Part shown: positions 1 through 11,682 of the stretch, piece after piece
How the letters are laid out: each line of letters begins with the position of its first letter
Position numbering within the stretch: position 1 is the stretch's first letter
Source of the DNA: Octopus sinensis
Lineage: Eukaryota
Length of the DNA stretch: 64,000 nucleotides
Direction of reading: 5' to 3'
Assembly: GCF_006345805.1 (NCBI RefSeq)
Contig: NC_043010.1
Location: 12,152,001 to 12,216,000, forward strand
Translations under genes and position numbers: made by a program
Notes under the pieces: model-generated
What the model was told of the DNA's origin: nothing
The model's input: the letters and a program-made list of their open reading frames with translations, nothing else
The model's database searches: none

Positions 1-59
1 TTTGGGAACCACTGGCTTAAAATATCTGGTGAAATGGGTTATGGTCTCATCACCTGTAC

Positions 60-335
60 TATAAATCAAGTGGCACACGAAGAAGTCATAGTCGTAGCCA
101 ATGATTGGTTTAGCTGCACCATAGTCATGGTGATGTTCATGATGGTTTCCCAGGCTCTGTTATCAAGGCTGTCAATCCTTTTTGCCAGGGTCTTTGTGAG
201 GGGCCACATTTCTGCTACAAAGAATGAAAAATGGAAGGACCAAGGCATTGTAGATGCAGAGCTTCAATTCCAGGAAATAGAGCAGTGGCACCAAAGGCGC
301 TTCGAAAAGGAAGTGCATGACCCCAGCAACCAGTC
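60..335 (-). pseudogene. Degraded RTE-type LINE ORF2 C-terminal fragment
   Basis: Frameshifted LKLCIYNALVLP...EMWPLTKTLAKRIDSLDNRAW resembles the RTE motif KLRLYNALVLPVLLYGAETWTL. Confidence 0.6.
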
Positions 336-349
336 CAATTCTCATTCTA

Positions 350-1770
350 ACATTTTCTCTGTTCATTCTTGTAATCCTCTACCAGATATTCCATTCTTGT
401 AATCCTCTACCAGATAGTCCATTCTTACAATTCTCTACCAGATATTCCATTCTTACAATCCTCTACCAGATAGTCCATTCTTACAATCCTCTACCAGATA
501 TTCCATTCTTACAATCCTCTACCAGATATTCCATTCTTACAATCCTCTACCAGATAGTCCATTCTTATATTCTTAAGTCTGATTGTATATTCTTATATTT
601 AAATAATCATTAACTCTTCATTCTTACACTCCCTTATGCTAGATAGTCCACTTTAGCATTTCCCTTCAAAAATGGTCCATTCCTACATTCCTCTACAAGA
701 TAGTCCATCATTACATTCTTATATCAGTTAATCCACTCTTCATTCTAACAACCCCCTATGCCAGGTAGTTCGTTTTTACATTTCTCTGCCAGATAGAGCA
801 TTCTTATATTCTTCTATCACATAGTCCATTCTTCAGTCTTACATTTCTTACATAGACTTTTGCACAATTGAAAATATTTTAATACTTTTTACTCCAACAA
901 CATAAAAAAAAAAGTAACAGCTAATAATGCACAAATACTTGCTACCACATACAAAATCAATTCATTCTCACATTCTGCTTCCAAATAGCCCATTCTTACC
1001 TTCCCCTACCAGATAGTCCATTCTTACATTCTTATGCCTGATAGTCCATCCTTACATTCTAATATCACTACAAACTTCATTCTTACATTCCCTTATGGCA
1101 AGTAGTCCATGCCTACATTCTACTTCAAAAATGGTCTATTCCTACATTCCTCTACAAGATAGTTAATCATTACATTCTTATGTCAATTATTTCACTCTTT
1201 GTTATTCATTCTTACAATCCCTTACACCAGATAGTTCATTTTTACATTTCTCTGCCAGATAGTACATTCTTATATTCTTCTGCAACATAGTCCATTCTTC
1301 AGTCTTACATTTCTTTACTGGATAGTCCATTTGCACATTCTCACATTCCACTTCCAAGTAGCCCATTCTTACATTTCCCTACCAGATAGTTAATATTTAC
1401 ATTCTTACACTAGATAGACCATCTCTCTAGATCAGTGCTTTTCAACCAGGGTTCCGCAGAACCTTAGGGTTCCGCCAGTACAGTCCAGGGGTTCCGTAGA
1501 ACCTTAGGGTTACACCAGTACAGTCCAGGGGTTCCGCAGAACTTTAGGGTTACGCCAGTACAGTCCAGGGGTTCCGCAAGAAGTTACAAAACTGCTAAAA
1601 TCAGCAGTAATTTTTAATTCTCCTGTGCAGATATGTGTGCAAAAGACTATTAAATTATTGCACAGGGGTTCCTCGAGCCAGTGGAATGTTTCCTTGGGGT
1701 TCCACTCCAGCAAAAATGTTGAAAAGCACTGCTCTAGATAGTCCACTCTCCCATCAGATAGTTTCTTCTT
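350..1770. repeat. 28-bp minisatellite (ccattcttacaatcctctaccagatagt), decaying rightwards
   Basis: Homogeneous units at ~364-570, then diverged units with longer-period duplication; interrupted by a hAT MITE. Confidence 0.85.
1433..1731. mobile_element. hAT (Charlie-like) MITE
   Basis: TIR CAGTGCTTTTCAAC / GTTGAAAAGCACTG; perfect 8-bp TSD CTCTAGAT; internal ~39-bp tandem repeats. Confidence 0.9.
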
Positions 1771-2253
1771 CTTTCTTAATTTGCTCTACAACAATTACCA
1801 AATTACCTTATTTTCTCTACTCACAATTACCACAAGGCATTTTACCAATGCTTAAACGGCTCCACCATTTCACCACCTTGTCTTATTTCCAGTGTGTCGT
1901 TAAAATCTAAAAGACCGAGAGCTAACGATTTAATCAAATATGTTTTTATCTGTAGCAAACTGAGTTAATATATTCATTTGCCTTTATAAAGTGAACTAAA
2001 TTAAAAACACATCAGATATTTTGACACTTCCATGACCTTTAGGAAAGGAATGACTTCATATTGACTCTTTTTCAAAATCAAATAATGTACGTTAGTAACA
2101 AATAGAAGAGGGAAAATACTTGGATACTATTAGTATTGGAGTGAAGAATTATCAAATAGTGGCTCAATAAATAGAAATATGGGTTGTTGTTGCGGTTTTT
2201 GCTGTTGTTTCTGCTGTTGTTGCTGTTGTTTAAGAATCTGTCTGTATGTTATA

Positions 2254-2651
2254 CTAGCAGTATCACCCGGCGTTGCTCGGGTTTGTAAGGGAAATAACTA
2301 TATAAGCATTTTTAGAGTTATAGCCAAAAAATAGCAAAGAAATGCATTAAAAATGGAAAAAAATGATGGTAAATTTTTTTTTAAATCGTTGACTCAGCGT
2401 AGACATTTTTAGAGAGTTACTTCCCTTATATAATAGCGAAAAAATGCATTAAAATGGAAAAAAATGATGGTAAATTATTTTTAAAATCGTAGACTCATCG
2501 TAGACGCACGCTAATACCCAGAAGGGCTCGATATGAATCACGACTATAAGATACCCGCTTTTGGTTAAACTGCATCGCAAAATGTGGGAGTAGTTAGGAA
2601 TCTAAATCGTAGGAGACAGACAGCACACAACTTGACTTTTATATATAAAGA
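2254..2651 (-). mobile_element. Non-autonomous Helitron
   Basis: 5' TC, 3' CTAG, subterminal hairpin CCCGAGCAACGCCGGG, inserted at A^T; same family at 19368 and 55821. Confidence 0.85.
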
Positions 2652-2769
2652 TGTACTTTCTTTTTCTCATTGCTTTTCTTTCATCTCTGTCTTATCTCTC
2701 TCTCCTTCTCTAACAACAATGATAACTATAATGGCAATGGTGATGTCGATAATGATGGTCGATAATGAA

Positions 2770-2991
2770 GGCAGCGAGCTGGCAGAATCGTTAGCATGCC
2801 GGGCGAAATGCGTAGCCGTATTTCGTCTGCCGTAACGTTCTGGGTTCAAATCCCGCCGAGGTCGACTTTGCCTTTCATCCTTTCGGGGTCGATAAATTAA
2901 GTACCAGTTATGCACTGAGGGTCGATGTAATCGACTTAATACCTATGTCTGTCCTCTCTGCATTTAGCCCCTTGTGGGTAGTAAAGAAATA
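2770..2991 (+). mobile_element. Octopus SINE, family 1 (GGCGGCGAGCTGGCAGAA head; OK-like)
   Basis: Matches many copies in the window. Confidence 0.85.
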
Positions 2992-3540
2992 GATAATGAT
3001 GGTGATGAGGAGGGGATGGTGAAGATGATGATGAAGACGACAGCAAAAGTGATGAGGATTAGGAAAAGGAGGAAGAGAAAGATGATGATGATGATGACGA
3101 CGACTATGACCATGACAACAATAATGATGATAATGTGATCATGGAAGTGATGACAATGAAGATGACGACAATGATGGGGATGATGACAGCAACAACGATG
3201 CTGATGACAGTGGTGTTGCTGATGCTGGTGCTGGTGCTGGTAACAACAATGCTGCTGCTGCTGGTGATGATGATGATGATGAGGAGGAGGAGGAGGAGGA
3301 GGGGGAGGAAGAGGAGGAGGATGGTGATGTTGATGATGATGAAGATGAAGATAGAATAAGTACCAGTCATACACTGGATTTGATGCAATCAACTACCTCC
3401 AGCCACCATAACCACCACCACCACCACTGCCACCACCACCAAAAAATGAAAGATATTTTAGGGCTTGTGCCTATAGTAGAAAGAATTGTTGCTGTTGTTG
3501 TTGTTGTTGTTGTTGTTGTTGTAGTTGTTGTTGTTTTTAA
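2992..3540. repeat. Mixed trinucleotide microsatellites (GAT/GAG/CAC/GTT)
   Basis: Seen directly. Confidence 0.9.
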
Positions 3541-4032
3541 GCACTTCAAGGCAAAACGATCCAATATATTCTTTCTAAAACACTTTAAGGTGATAGGATG
3601 TAGTTTGAAGGTAATTTGGCTTCTAATTCTAGCAAGTCAAAGTACTCTATGGGAACACACCAATAATCAGTGCGAGTGGAGTTTTTTTTCATGTTGATAC
3701 ATTACATCAGAGTAAAGCTGTCATTTGGCAAGGCTGCATTTTAAAACAAATCTTATACTGCTAAACCTTATTTTGTAATAAGACACAATTATTCATAACT
3801 AAAAAAAAAAAGTTTTAAACAAGGCAGAGTTTAAAAAAAAAAAAAACTTTATTGTAACTTTTTTGAAATATTAAAAAAAAAATTTTTTTTTCGATTTTCT
3901 ACATTTTAGACACTTTCAATGAATAATTACAAATGAAGATAAAGAAATACAATTAGGTATTTCCAAAAGTCACAGTTTCATTGGAAAGATAGGTTCTATT
4001 TTTTTTTAATAGAATTAAAAAGCAATAAATAG

Positions 4033-4290
4033 GTGGAGGTGCGTGGCTTAGTGGTTAGAGTGTCAGCATCATGATCGTAAGATTGTGGTTTCGATTCCTG
4101 GACCGGGCAATGCGTTATGTTCTTGAGCAAAACACTTCATTTCATGTTGCTCCAGTCCACTCAGCTGGCAAAAATGAGTAACGCTGCGATGGACTGGTGT
4201 CCTGTCCAGCTGGGGAACACATATGCCATTAAAACTGGGAAACCGGGCCCATGAGCCTAGCTAGGCTTTAAAAGGGCGCGTTTATTTCTA
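4033..4290 (+). mobile_element. tRNA-headed SINE, family 3
   Basis: A/B-box-like head (TGGCTTAGTGG...GGTTTCGATTCC) followed by a non-tRNA body. Confidence 0.7.
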
Positions 4291-4599
4291 TTTTAAAAAG
4301 CAATAAAAATATATTCTAGTTTCTTTTATTTTTTTTGTCTTCCATTTGTTTCAGTCATTAGACTATGGCCATGCTAGAGCACCACCTTGAAGAATTCTTA
4401 GTTGAATGAATTGATCCTAGTACTTTTTTTTCAGCTCTGTACTTATTCTAATGGACTTTTTTTGCCAAACCACTAAGTTATAAGGAATCAAACACACCAA
4501 CATACCAATACTGGCTGTCAAGTGGTGGTGGGGGATATAAACACACACACACAGTCACACACTCACACACGCACACACACATATTTATATCTATATTAA

Positions 4600-4714
4600 G
4601 AGAAATGGTAAGACAACAAAAGAATGAAAGAGACCTTGATATTATGTAAAAAGAGGAATTTATCTGTAAATGTAATATGGCTACCGAATAATTGTCACAT
4701 ATTACATTTACAGA

Positions 4715-4758
<44 letters not shown>

Positions 4759-5105
4759 CCTGTACTCTATCTTTTCGTTGTTTAAGAAAACTGTTCAGTT
4801 CCTTGGTTTTGTGCTAATGTTTTCATTTCTCATTGTGTTCGACGTTTTTTTTGGTGTCCTGTACCCATATATGCATGCATATATACATGTAGAGGTAGGT
4901 ACATACATATATGTATGTATATATGGATATGTTTTATTTATCAATTTATCATATATATATTAGATCGTTAGCCACTACACACATTTTTTTCTCTCCTTGT
5001 TTCTCTCCTTATTTTTTCTGTGTCCATTTCTGTAGAAGAGCGTAGGCTCGAAAAAAGACTTTTTCTATTCCTGAGCATTATACTAATACACCTGTCTTCA
5101 TCTTT
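4600..5105. mobile_element. Penelope-like terminal fragment
   Basis: gaagagcgtaggctcgaaa motif typical of Penelope pseudo-LTR ends; related piece at 58205-58385. Family assignment is inferred. Confidence 0.45.
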
Positions 5106-5131
5106 TGTTGTTTTTTTTTGTAAACTCTCCC

Positions 5132-5175
<44 letters not shown>

Positions 5176-5536
5176 ACAGCAACTGAAAAAATCCTCTCTA
5201 CCAAATTCCACTTACAAGGCTTTGGTCAGCCTAAGGGCAATAGAAGACGTTTGTCCAAAGTGTCACATCATGGCACTAAACCACGTAGTTGGGAAGCAAG
5301 CTTCTTATCACACAGTCCTGGCTTTGTGCTGCGTCTGGTGGGATAAAAGACACACAGAGACATTTTAAACACACTCTAAATTCAGCAGTACATTTTCAGG
5401 AAAAAAAAATGTTTGAGTGCATTAAAGCTTATTGGAGCTGCAACTTTGCATGTAAGACGTAGAGTGATTCATTTTTGACATATTTTTTGAAAAGAAAACA
5501 CTGTGTATTTTATAAGCTATCAAATACAGTATTTAA

Positions 5537-5756
5537 CTCTTTAGTAATCAAATTACTCTGTCAAATGTAATGCTTATTTAACCATTTTGTTTTGAGTTTA
5601 CTAAGCATTTTCACACAGTTTTGAGGCTGCAATGATGTGATTATTTACTTTTAGAATAATGCTGTAGGGTTGATGTGAGAGGCTGAATCTGGCTGGGTTT
5701 AACATAAAACAGGTAGAATATTTTAGCTGGATAGAGTTTGTTTAAATGCTAAAGAG
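5537..5756. mobile_element. piggyBac-like MITE
   Basis: TTAA|CTCTTTAG ... CTAAAGAG|TTAA. Confidence 0.7.
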
Positions 5757-5907
5757 TTAAATGTTCTATATTAGCAATGATTCACAAAAATAAATAGTTA
5801 CAAATAGTTAGAATAGTACAAATAGTTAGAAGGGGAAAAAAAAAGGACATTAGTAAATAAATAATCGACACAGAAGCATATATACATTCCATCAATTATT
5901 CATCATA

Positions 5908-6109
5908 CTCTTTACTCTTCTACTTGTTTCAGTCATTTGACTGCGGCCATGCTGGAGCACCACCTTTAGTCGAGCAAATCGACCCCAGGACTTATTCTTT
6001 GTAAGCCCAGTTATCGGTCTCTTTTGCCGAACCGCTAAGTGACAGGGACATAAACACACCAGCATCGGTTGTCAAGCAATGCTAGGGGGGGACAAACACA
6101 GACACACAA

Positions 6110-6162
<53 letters not shown>

Positions 6163-6325
6163 CGACAGGCTTCTTTCAGTTTCCATCTACCAAATCCACT
6201 CACAAGGCATTGGTCGGCCCGGGGCTATAGTAGAAGACACTTGCCCAAGATGCCACGCAGTGGGACTGAACCCGGAACCATGTGGTTGGTTAGCAAGCTA
6301 CTTACCACACAGCCACTCCTGCGCC
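5908..6325 (-). mobile_element. Octopus SINE, family 2 (GGCGCAGGAGTGGCTGTGTGG head, central TA/TG microsatellite; OR/CORE-like)
   Basis: Matches >20 copies in the window. Confidence 0.9.
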
Positions 6326-6624
6326 TAAGTCCGTCTGGAATTAAACAACAACAATGACAATAACAAAAACAACAACTGATGCACATTAAGTAAGATATTC
6401 TACCATTCTACCATTCTACCCGAAGTACTCAATAGTAAGTATCAGCAAGGTATTGTTTTCTAGGAAACAGGAGTTTAATATTCCATCCTCTACCGTTACT
6501 TCAATCCTACTAAATAAAATTGAGACTAAAAAAATGTAGCCTCGTTAATTTACTAATAAAAAACCAAACTATTCTCTAATGCCATTTGTGTACAAATGTA
6601 GTTATTAAATATAGTAGAAAGCAT

Positions 6625-6723
6625 TAATATTATTATTATTATTATTATTATTATCATTATTATTATTATTATTATTATTATATTATTATTACTATTATTA
6701 TTATTATATTATTATTATTATAA

Positions 6724-6762
<39 letters not shown>

Positions 6763-7058
6763 TATTATTATATTATTATTATAATATTATTATTATTATC
6801 ATTATTATTATTATCATTATTATTATTATTATTATCATTATTATTATTATCATTATTATTATCATTATCATTATTATCATTATCATTATTATTTTTATTA
6901 TTATTATTATCATTATTGTTATTTTCATTATTATTATTATTATCATTATTATTATTATTATTCTTATTATTATGTTCATTATTATTATTATTATTATTAT
7001 TACAATCATTATTATTATTATTATTATTATTAGTATCATCACTTTCATTATTATTATC

Positions 7059-7090
<32 letters not shown>

Positions 7091-7114
7091 CATTATTATT
7101 ATTATTATTATTAT

Positions 7115-7157
<43 letters not shown>

Positions 7158-7170
7158 GCTATTATTATTA
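6625..7170. repeat. Long (ATT)n/(ATC)n microsatellite
   Basis: Seen directly. Confidence 0.95.
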
Positions 7171-7878
7171 CGGTGTTCTGATGATAATTATATTAATGCC
7201 AAAACTGTGTTACAAAGAGCAATCGCGGATCAAAGCTGGTTAAAATGTCAACTTATTCGTTAACTACAAATGAAATATCAAATGGAAACACCCATTTATA
7301 AATAATGTATTTAAGTTAGCCATGAGTTTTCTCCCTTACATTCACTTTGCTGTTTGACGGTCAGCGAAATTTAGCTAAGTTGAGTGTACAAAACTGATGT
7401 TGTTTGTCAAATACCGGGCACTTATTATTGGGCCATTATTCTTAAAGAACTTGTACATTTTCTTCTTAAGGCATTCTAATGACCTATTAGAAGTAATTTT
7501 ACATTCAGTAAAATGAAGTACTGAACCCCTAACCCCTGAATCAAATAACCACATAACATTTCTAAAACACTTGAATAGACTATATAAATAAGTAAAAAAA
7601 ATTTTTTTATAATACAATAATTTATATGAAATAAATATACTAAATTGTAGTCTTCCAATACTGAAACACGTGTAGTTTCTTCATATTGAATAAATATAAG
7701 TATTAACTAAAGTAGGATATAATTAACGATCCTTTAAATATTATTTCGTGATGTGCAAACTGATACCATGAGTTTACTCTCATATATACTTATTAGGTTA
7801 TTTTTGTATTATCTGAAATAGAATACCCGCATATCGATTAATCCCTAAAAACCGAATTATATATATATATATATATAT

Positions 7879-8115
7879 ATTTATATTATATTTAGGGTAC
7901 TACTATTCATAGATACCGCACTGATGAACATAGAATGCATATTCTGCATTAATTGCGAAATCACAGGTGATATGTAACTAAATTCTTTTCTTAAATGACT
8001 TGCTTTGAAGTTTTGCATTCGGTAAAATTTTGTTTATTTTAGTAGTTTTGACCGCTTTGGTCCCTCTTAGCATGCGGTATCTATGAATAGTAGTACCCTC
8101 AATATAATATAAATA
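7879..8115. mobile_element. MITE with GGGTACTACT-core TIR
   Basis: Perfect 26-bp inverted repeat GGGTACTACTATTCATAGATACCGCA (7895-7920 / 8073-8098), extended by AT-rich inverted arms. Confidence 0.8.
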
Positions 8116-8774
8116 AATATTTTCAAAGTGGAAAAATTTACGGACTTTTCTCTTACAAGGTTTTTCACGCTAACTACTGATAATTTCTTATAAAGATTTT
8201 ATCCTTAATTGTAAATATATATATATATATATTGTTGGAGATTTGATACATAGGTGAGAATAATTAGCTGTTAGAAGATAAATAAATTTTGTTTTCTTGG
8301 TTCAATCCCCATGCCTAGTTGCAAGAAAACAAAATAAAATATAAAATATAATCACTGTAGTCTAACCACAAAACCTAACTTCACAGAGTTGAAACACATT
8401 AAGATATGACTTTGTATACATATTGATTCATAACCTGAATTATATTGGTTCTCTAGTAATTAAAATTGAGCAGTCAACCTTGTAACATTATGTTAACTTT
8501 AAAAGAAGAAAAACCCAGACATGGGATTCAGAGTCCAATCTATCAATTACAGAGTAAATATATTAATATTTACTCGTGTGATTGCTAGGGTGATGCTTAT
8601 TTCTTGTTTTATAGTCTTAGTTTTATAGTCAAAGCGTTTTATAGTCAAAACGGTAGAGGAGTAGGGGTGGAAACCAGACGTGGTTCCTCCTGATGATGTC
8701 TTGAGCTAACTGGATCCTATAAAGGAGCTGTTGTGGCAGCAGACCACGAAACACGGTTGTAATTCCTCAAGTAT

Positions 8775-9000
8775 AGTCATGTGATGTATATGGATAAAGA
8801 CAGCTGCTTAAAGAAGTGCCGATCCCTAATTGTGAAGGGAAGATGCGGAAGGGTAAACCCAGGAAGACATGAGAAAAGTGGTGAGAAAAGATCTTCAGAC
8901 AGCTGGGCCTTGCTGAGGACATGACAGGGAATCTTGACTTGTAGCAATTTGCTTTACTTGAGAAGACATATCAAACTAAGTAAATTCACAGCCATCCGTA
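8775..9000 (+). pseudogene. Degraded RTE LINE 3' fragment
   Basis: Similar to 14870-15070 (GHV-RMD---CVKKC---VEG--GRGRPRKTW). Confidence 0.6.
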
Positions 9001-9076
9001 TGTACAGGCATATCTTTTATTTTCATACCCCGCACCTACTCTTTCTCCCAGCTGAGAAGTCTTTGTCTTCCAGGCG

Positions 9077-9297
9077 CTAGCACTATGTAAAGTGCACTTG
9101 TGCTGGTACAAGTGCATTTTATGTGGCACCAGCACGAGTGCATTTTACACATGACTTGATACGCCAATTGAATGCCAGCTAGCTGTATGTGATTGGTCGG
9201 AGATTTGGACAGTACTCGTGTGTATGTGCACACACACGCAGCTGTATATGCATGCACTAGCACTATGACCCGGCGTTGCTGGGTCATAGTGCTAGTG
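9077..9297. mobile_element. Helitron/Helentron-like small element with terminal palindrome
   Basis: CTAGCACTATG at 9077 and 9257, inverted at 9285-9295; 17-bp perfect stem whose loop matches the Helitron hairpin. Confidence 0.55.
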
Positions 9298-9394
9298 TAT
9301 CATAATTTCGTTCACTTGAGCATACTTTATAAAGGTATTGGTTTCAAATATTGGCATAAAGCCAGCAATTTTGGGGAAGCAGGTAAGTCATTTA

Positions 9395-9533
9395 CCTCAA
9401 CCCTGGTTTATCAATCCCTAAATGGTGAAAAGCAAAGTCGACTTCAGTGGGAATTTGAACTCAGAACATAAAGACGGATACAATGTCACTATGCATTTTA
9501 CCTGGCATGCTAACGATTCTGCCAGCTCACCAC
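9395..9533 (-). mobile_element. SINE family 1, degenerate
   Basis: Similarity to other copies. Confidence 0.65.
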
Positions 9534-9719
9534 TTTACTATATATAAATATCAAACTGACCAGGCACTCTTGACTGTTGCATGTTTTTAACAGCAATGGC
9601 TGCATGATGGATACCCTCAGTAAGATTTGAACTCAGATTCAAAGAACCATTACTAAATACAGCAGGCATTTAGTCAGATACCTTAAAGATTCTGCCAGGG
9701 ATAGATTGAGTACATATTT

Positions 9720-10110
9720 ACTCTCTTTTACTTGTTTCAGTCATTTGACTGCGGCCGTGCTGGAGCACCGCCTTCAGTCGAGCAAATTGACCCCAGGACT
9801 TATTTTTTGTAAGCCTAGTACTTATTCTATCAGTCTCTTTTGCCAAACCGCTAAGTTACGGGGACGTAAGCACACCAGCATCGGTTGTCAAGCAATGTTG
9901 GGGTGATAAACAGAGACACACAAACACACACACACACATATATATATACACATATACATATATACGACGGGATTTCAACCAAATCCACTCACAAGGCTTT
10001 ATTCGGCCCGGGGCTATAGTAGAAGACACTTGCCCAAGGTACCACGCAGTGGGACTGAACCTGGAACCATGTGGTTGGGAAGCAAGCTACTTACCACACA
10101 GCTACTCCTG
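9720..10110 (-). mobile_element. SINE family 2
   Basis: Similarity to other copies. Confidence 0.85.
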
Positions 10111-10384
10111 TGACTTTATTTGTTAATTTTTTTACATCTGCTTTTTCCATGCTAGCATGGGTTAGGTGAGTATGCATTGAGATTTTATTTTATAAGGTGA
10201 TGGTCTTCCTGTTACTAACACTTCAATTAAGTGAAATTCTGCTTTACGCAGGGCATGTAACCCCTCATTTTGAGGAATTTTCAGAAAATTTCAGAGAATT
10301 TGTTTTCTACGCATATGAATTCATATGACTATTAAAAAAATTTTAACTTTCTGAAATTTTACAAAAAGTTTTTTTTTTTAAATA

Positions 10385-10785
10385 TGAGTGACTGTGTGGT
10401 AAGTAGCTTGCTAACCAACCACATGGTTCCGGGTTCAGTCCCACTGCGTAGCATCTTGGGCAAGTGTCTTCTGCTATAGCCCCGGGCCGACCAATGCCTT
10501 GTGAGTGGATTTGTTAGACGGAAACTGAAAGAAGCCCGTCGTATATATGTATATATATGTATGCGTGTGTGTGTTTGTGTGTCTGTGTTTGTCCCCCTAG
10601 CATTGCTTGACAACTGATGCTGGTGTGTTTATGTCCCCATTACTTAGCGGTTTGGCAAAAGAGACCGATAGAATAAATACTGGGCTTACAAAAGAATAAG
10701 TCCTGGGGTCGAGTTGCTCGATTAAAGGTGGTGCTCCAGCATGGCCGCAGTCAAATGACTGAAACAAGTAAAAGAGTAAAGAGTA
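10385..10785 (+). mobile_element. SINE family 2
   Basis: Similarity to other copies. Confidence 0.85.
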
Positions 10786-10798
10786 TATATATATATAT

Positions 10799-11103
10799 TG
10801 TGGAAGCAAATGGCTTAGTGGTTAGAGCAGTGGACTCACAGTCAAAGGATCGCGGGTTCAAATCTCAGACCGGGCAATGTGTGTGTTCATGAGTGAAACA
10901 CCTAAGCTCCACGCAGCTCCGGCAGAAGGTAATGGTGAACTTCTGCTGACTCTTTCGCCACAACTTTCTCTCACTCTTTCCTCCTGCATCTTGCAGCTCA
11001 CCTGCGACGGACTGGTGTCCCAGCCAGGTGGGGAACCCATAAATCAAGGAAACCAGGAAACTGGCCCTTATGAGCCAGGCATGGCTCAAAAAGGAACAAA
11101 CAA
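10799..11103 (+). mobile_element. tRNA-headed SINE, family 3
   Basis: Similar to 32260 and 50351. Confidence 0.8.
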
Positions 11104-11490
11104 TATATATATATAGTGGGTCATCCCATAAATAATGCAGTTTTTTCAATTGCATGAACTAAAAATTGGAGGGAGACAGGATAAACTACCTGCATCAACT
11201 TGCTATAAAAGCAGATAGTAATTTTACCTTGTGCTTATTCTTAGTGCATGTTTTGAAGAGTGCAGTTCGATTTTAACAGTTTTTTCAAAGCTATAATGGA
11301 AGTGACAAAGGAATATATTTGGCATAATATGCTTTATGATTTCAATAAAAGTATCATCATGGACAAGTGAATTTTGGAAGAGGTGCCTTGCAAGTCTACC
11401 GGATAATGGAAGAGCATCGTAGAAAATGAAAGAGAATATATTTTAGATTTAGAAAGAGCTTTGTTTATCTTAATTTTGAAAAGTAAAAGA

Positions 11491-11682
11491 AGCAGGAGTG
11501 GTTGTGTGGTAAGTAGCTTGCTTACAAACCACATGGTTCTGGGTTCAGTCCCACTGTGTGGCATCTTGGGCAAGTGTCTTCTACTATAGCCTTGGGCCGA
11601 CCAAAGCCTTGTGAGTGGATTTGGTAGACAGAAACTGAAAGAAGCCCGTCGTATATATGTATATATATATATATATATATAT
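11491..11682 (+). mobile_element. SINE family 2, 5' half (split by the RTE LINE)
   Basis: Ends in the central (TA)n; the 3' half resumes at 15408. Confidence 0.85.

Noticed and set aside
350-570. CRISPR-like array from the 28-bp repeats (also the 62760-63130 units)
   Set aside because: Head-to-tail units with no unique spacers, no cas genes, and a eukaryotic context.
2964-3697. His/Pro/Ile/Met-rich ORFs
   Set aside because: Translations of trinucleotide microsatellites.
5908-6357. Recurrent MSSNARGTNT..., MPKVPRSGTEPGTMW... and MRNWYLIYRPRKDERQ... ORFs
   Set aside because: Chance frames in high-copy SINEs.
6779-7263. Poly-Ile/Leu ORFs
   Set aside because: (ATT)n microsatellite.
7375-7617. 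80-aa minus-strand ORF (NVMWLFDSGVRGSVLHF...) as a host exon
   Set aside because: No recognisable domain and weak splice context; not supportable without expression data.
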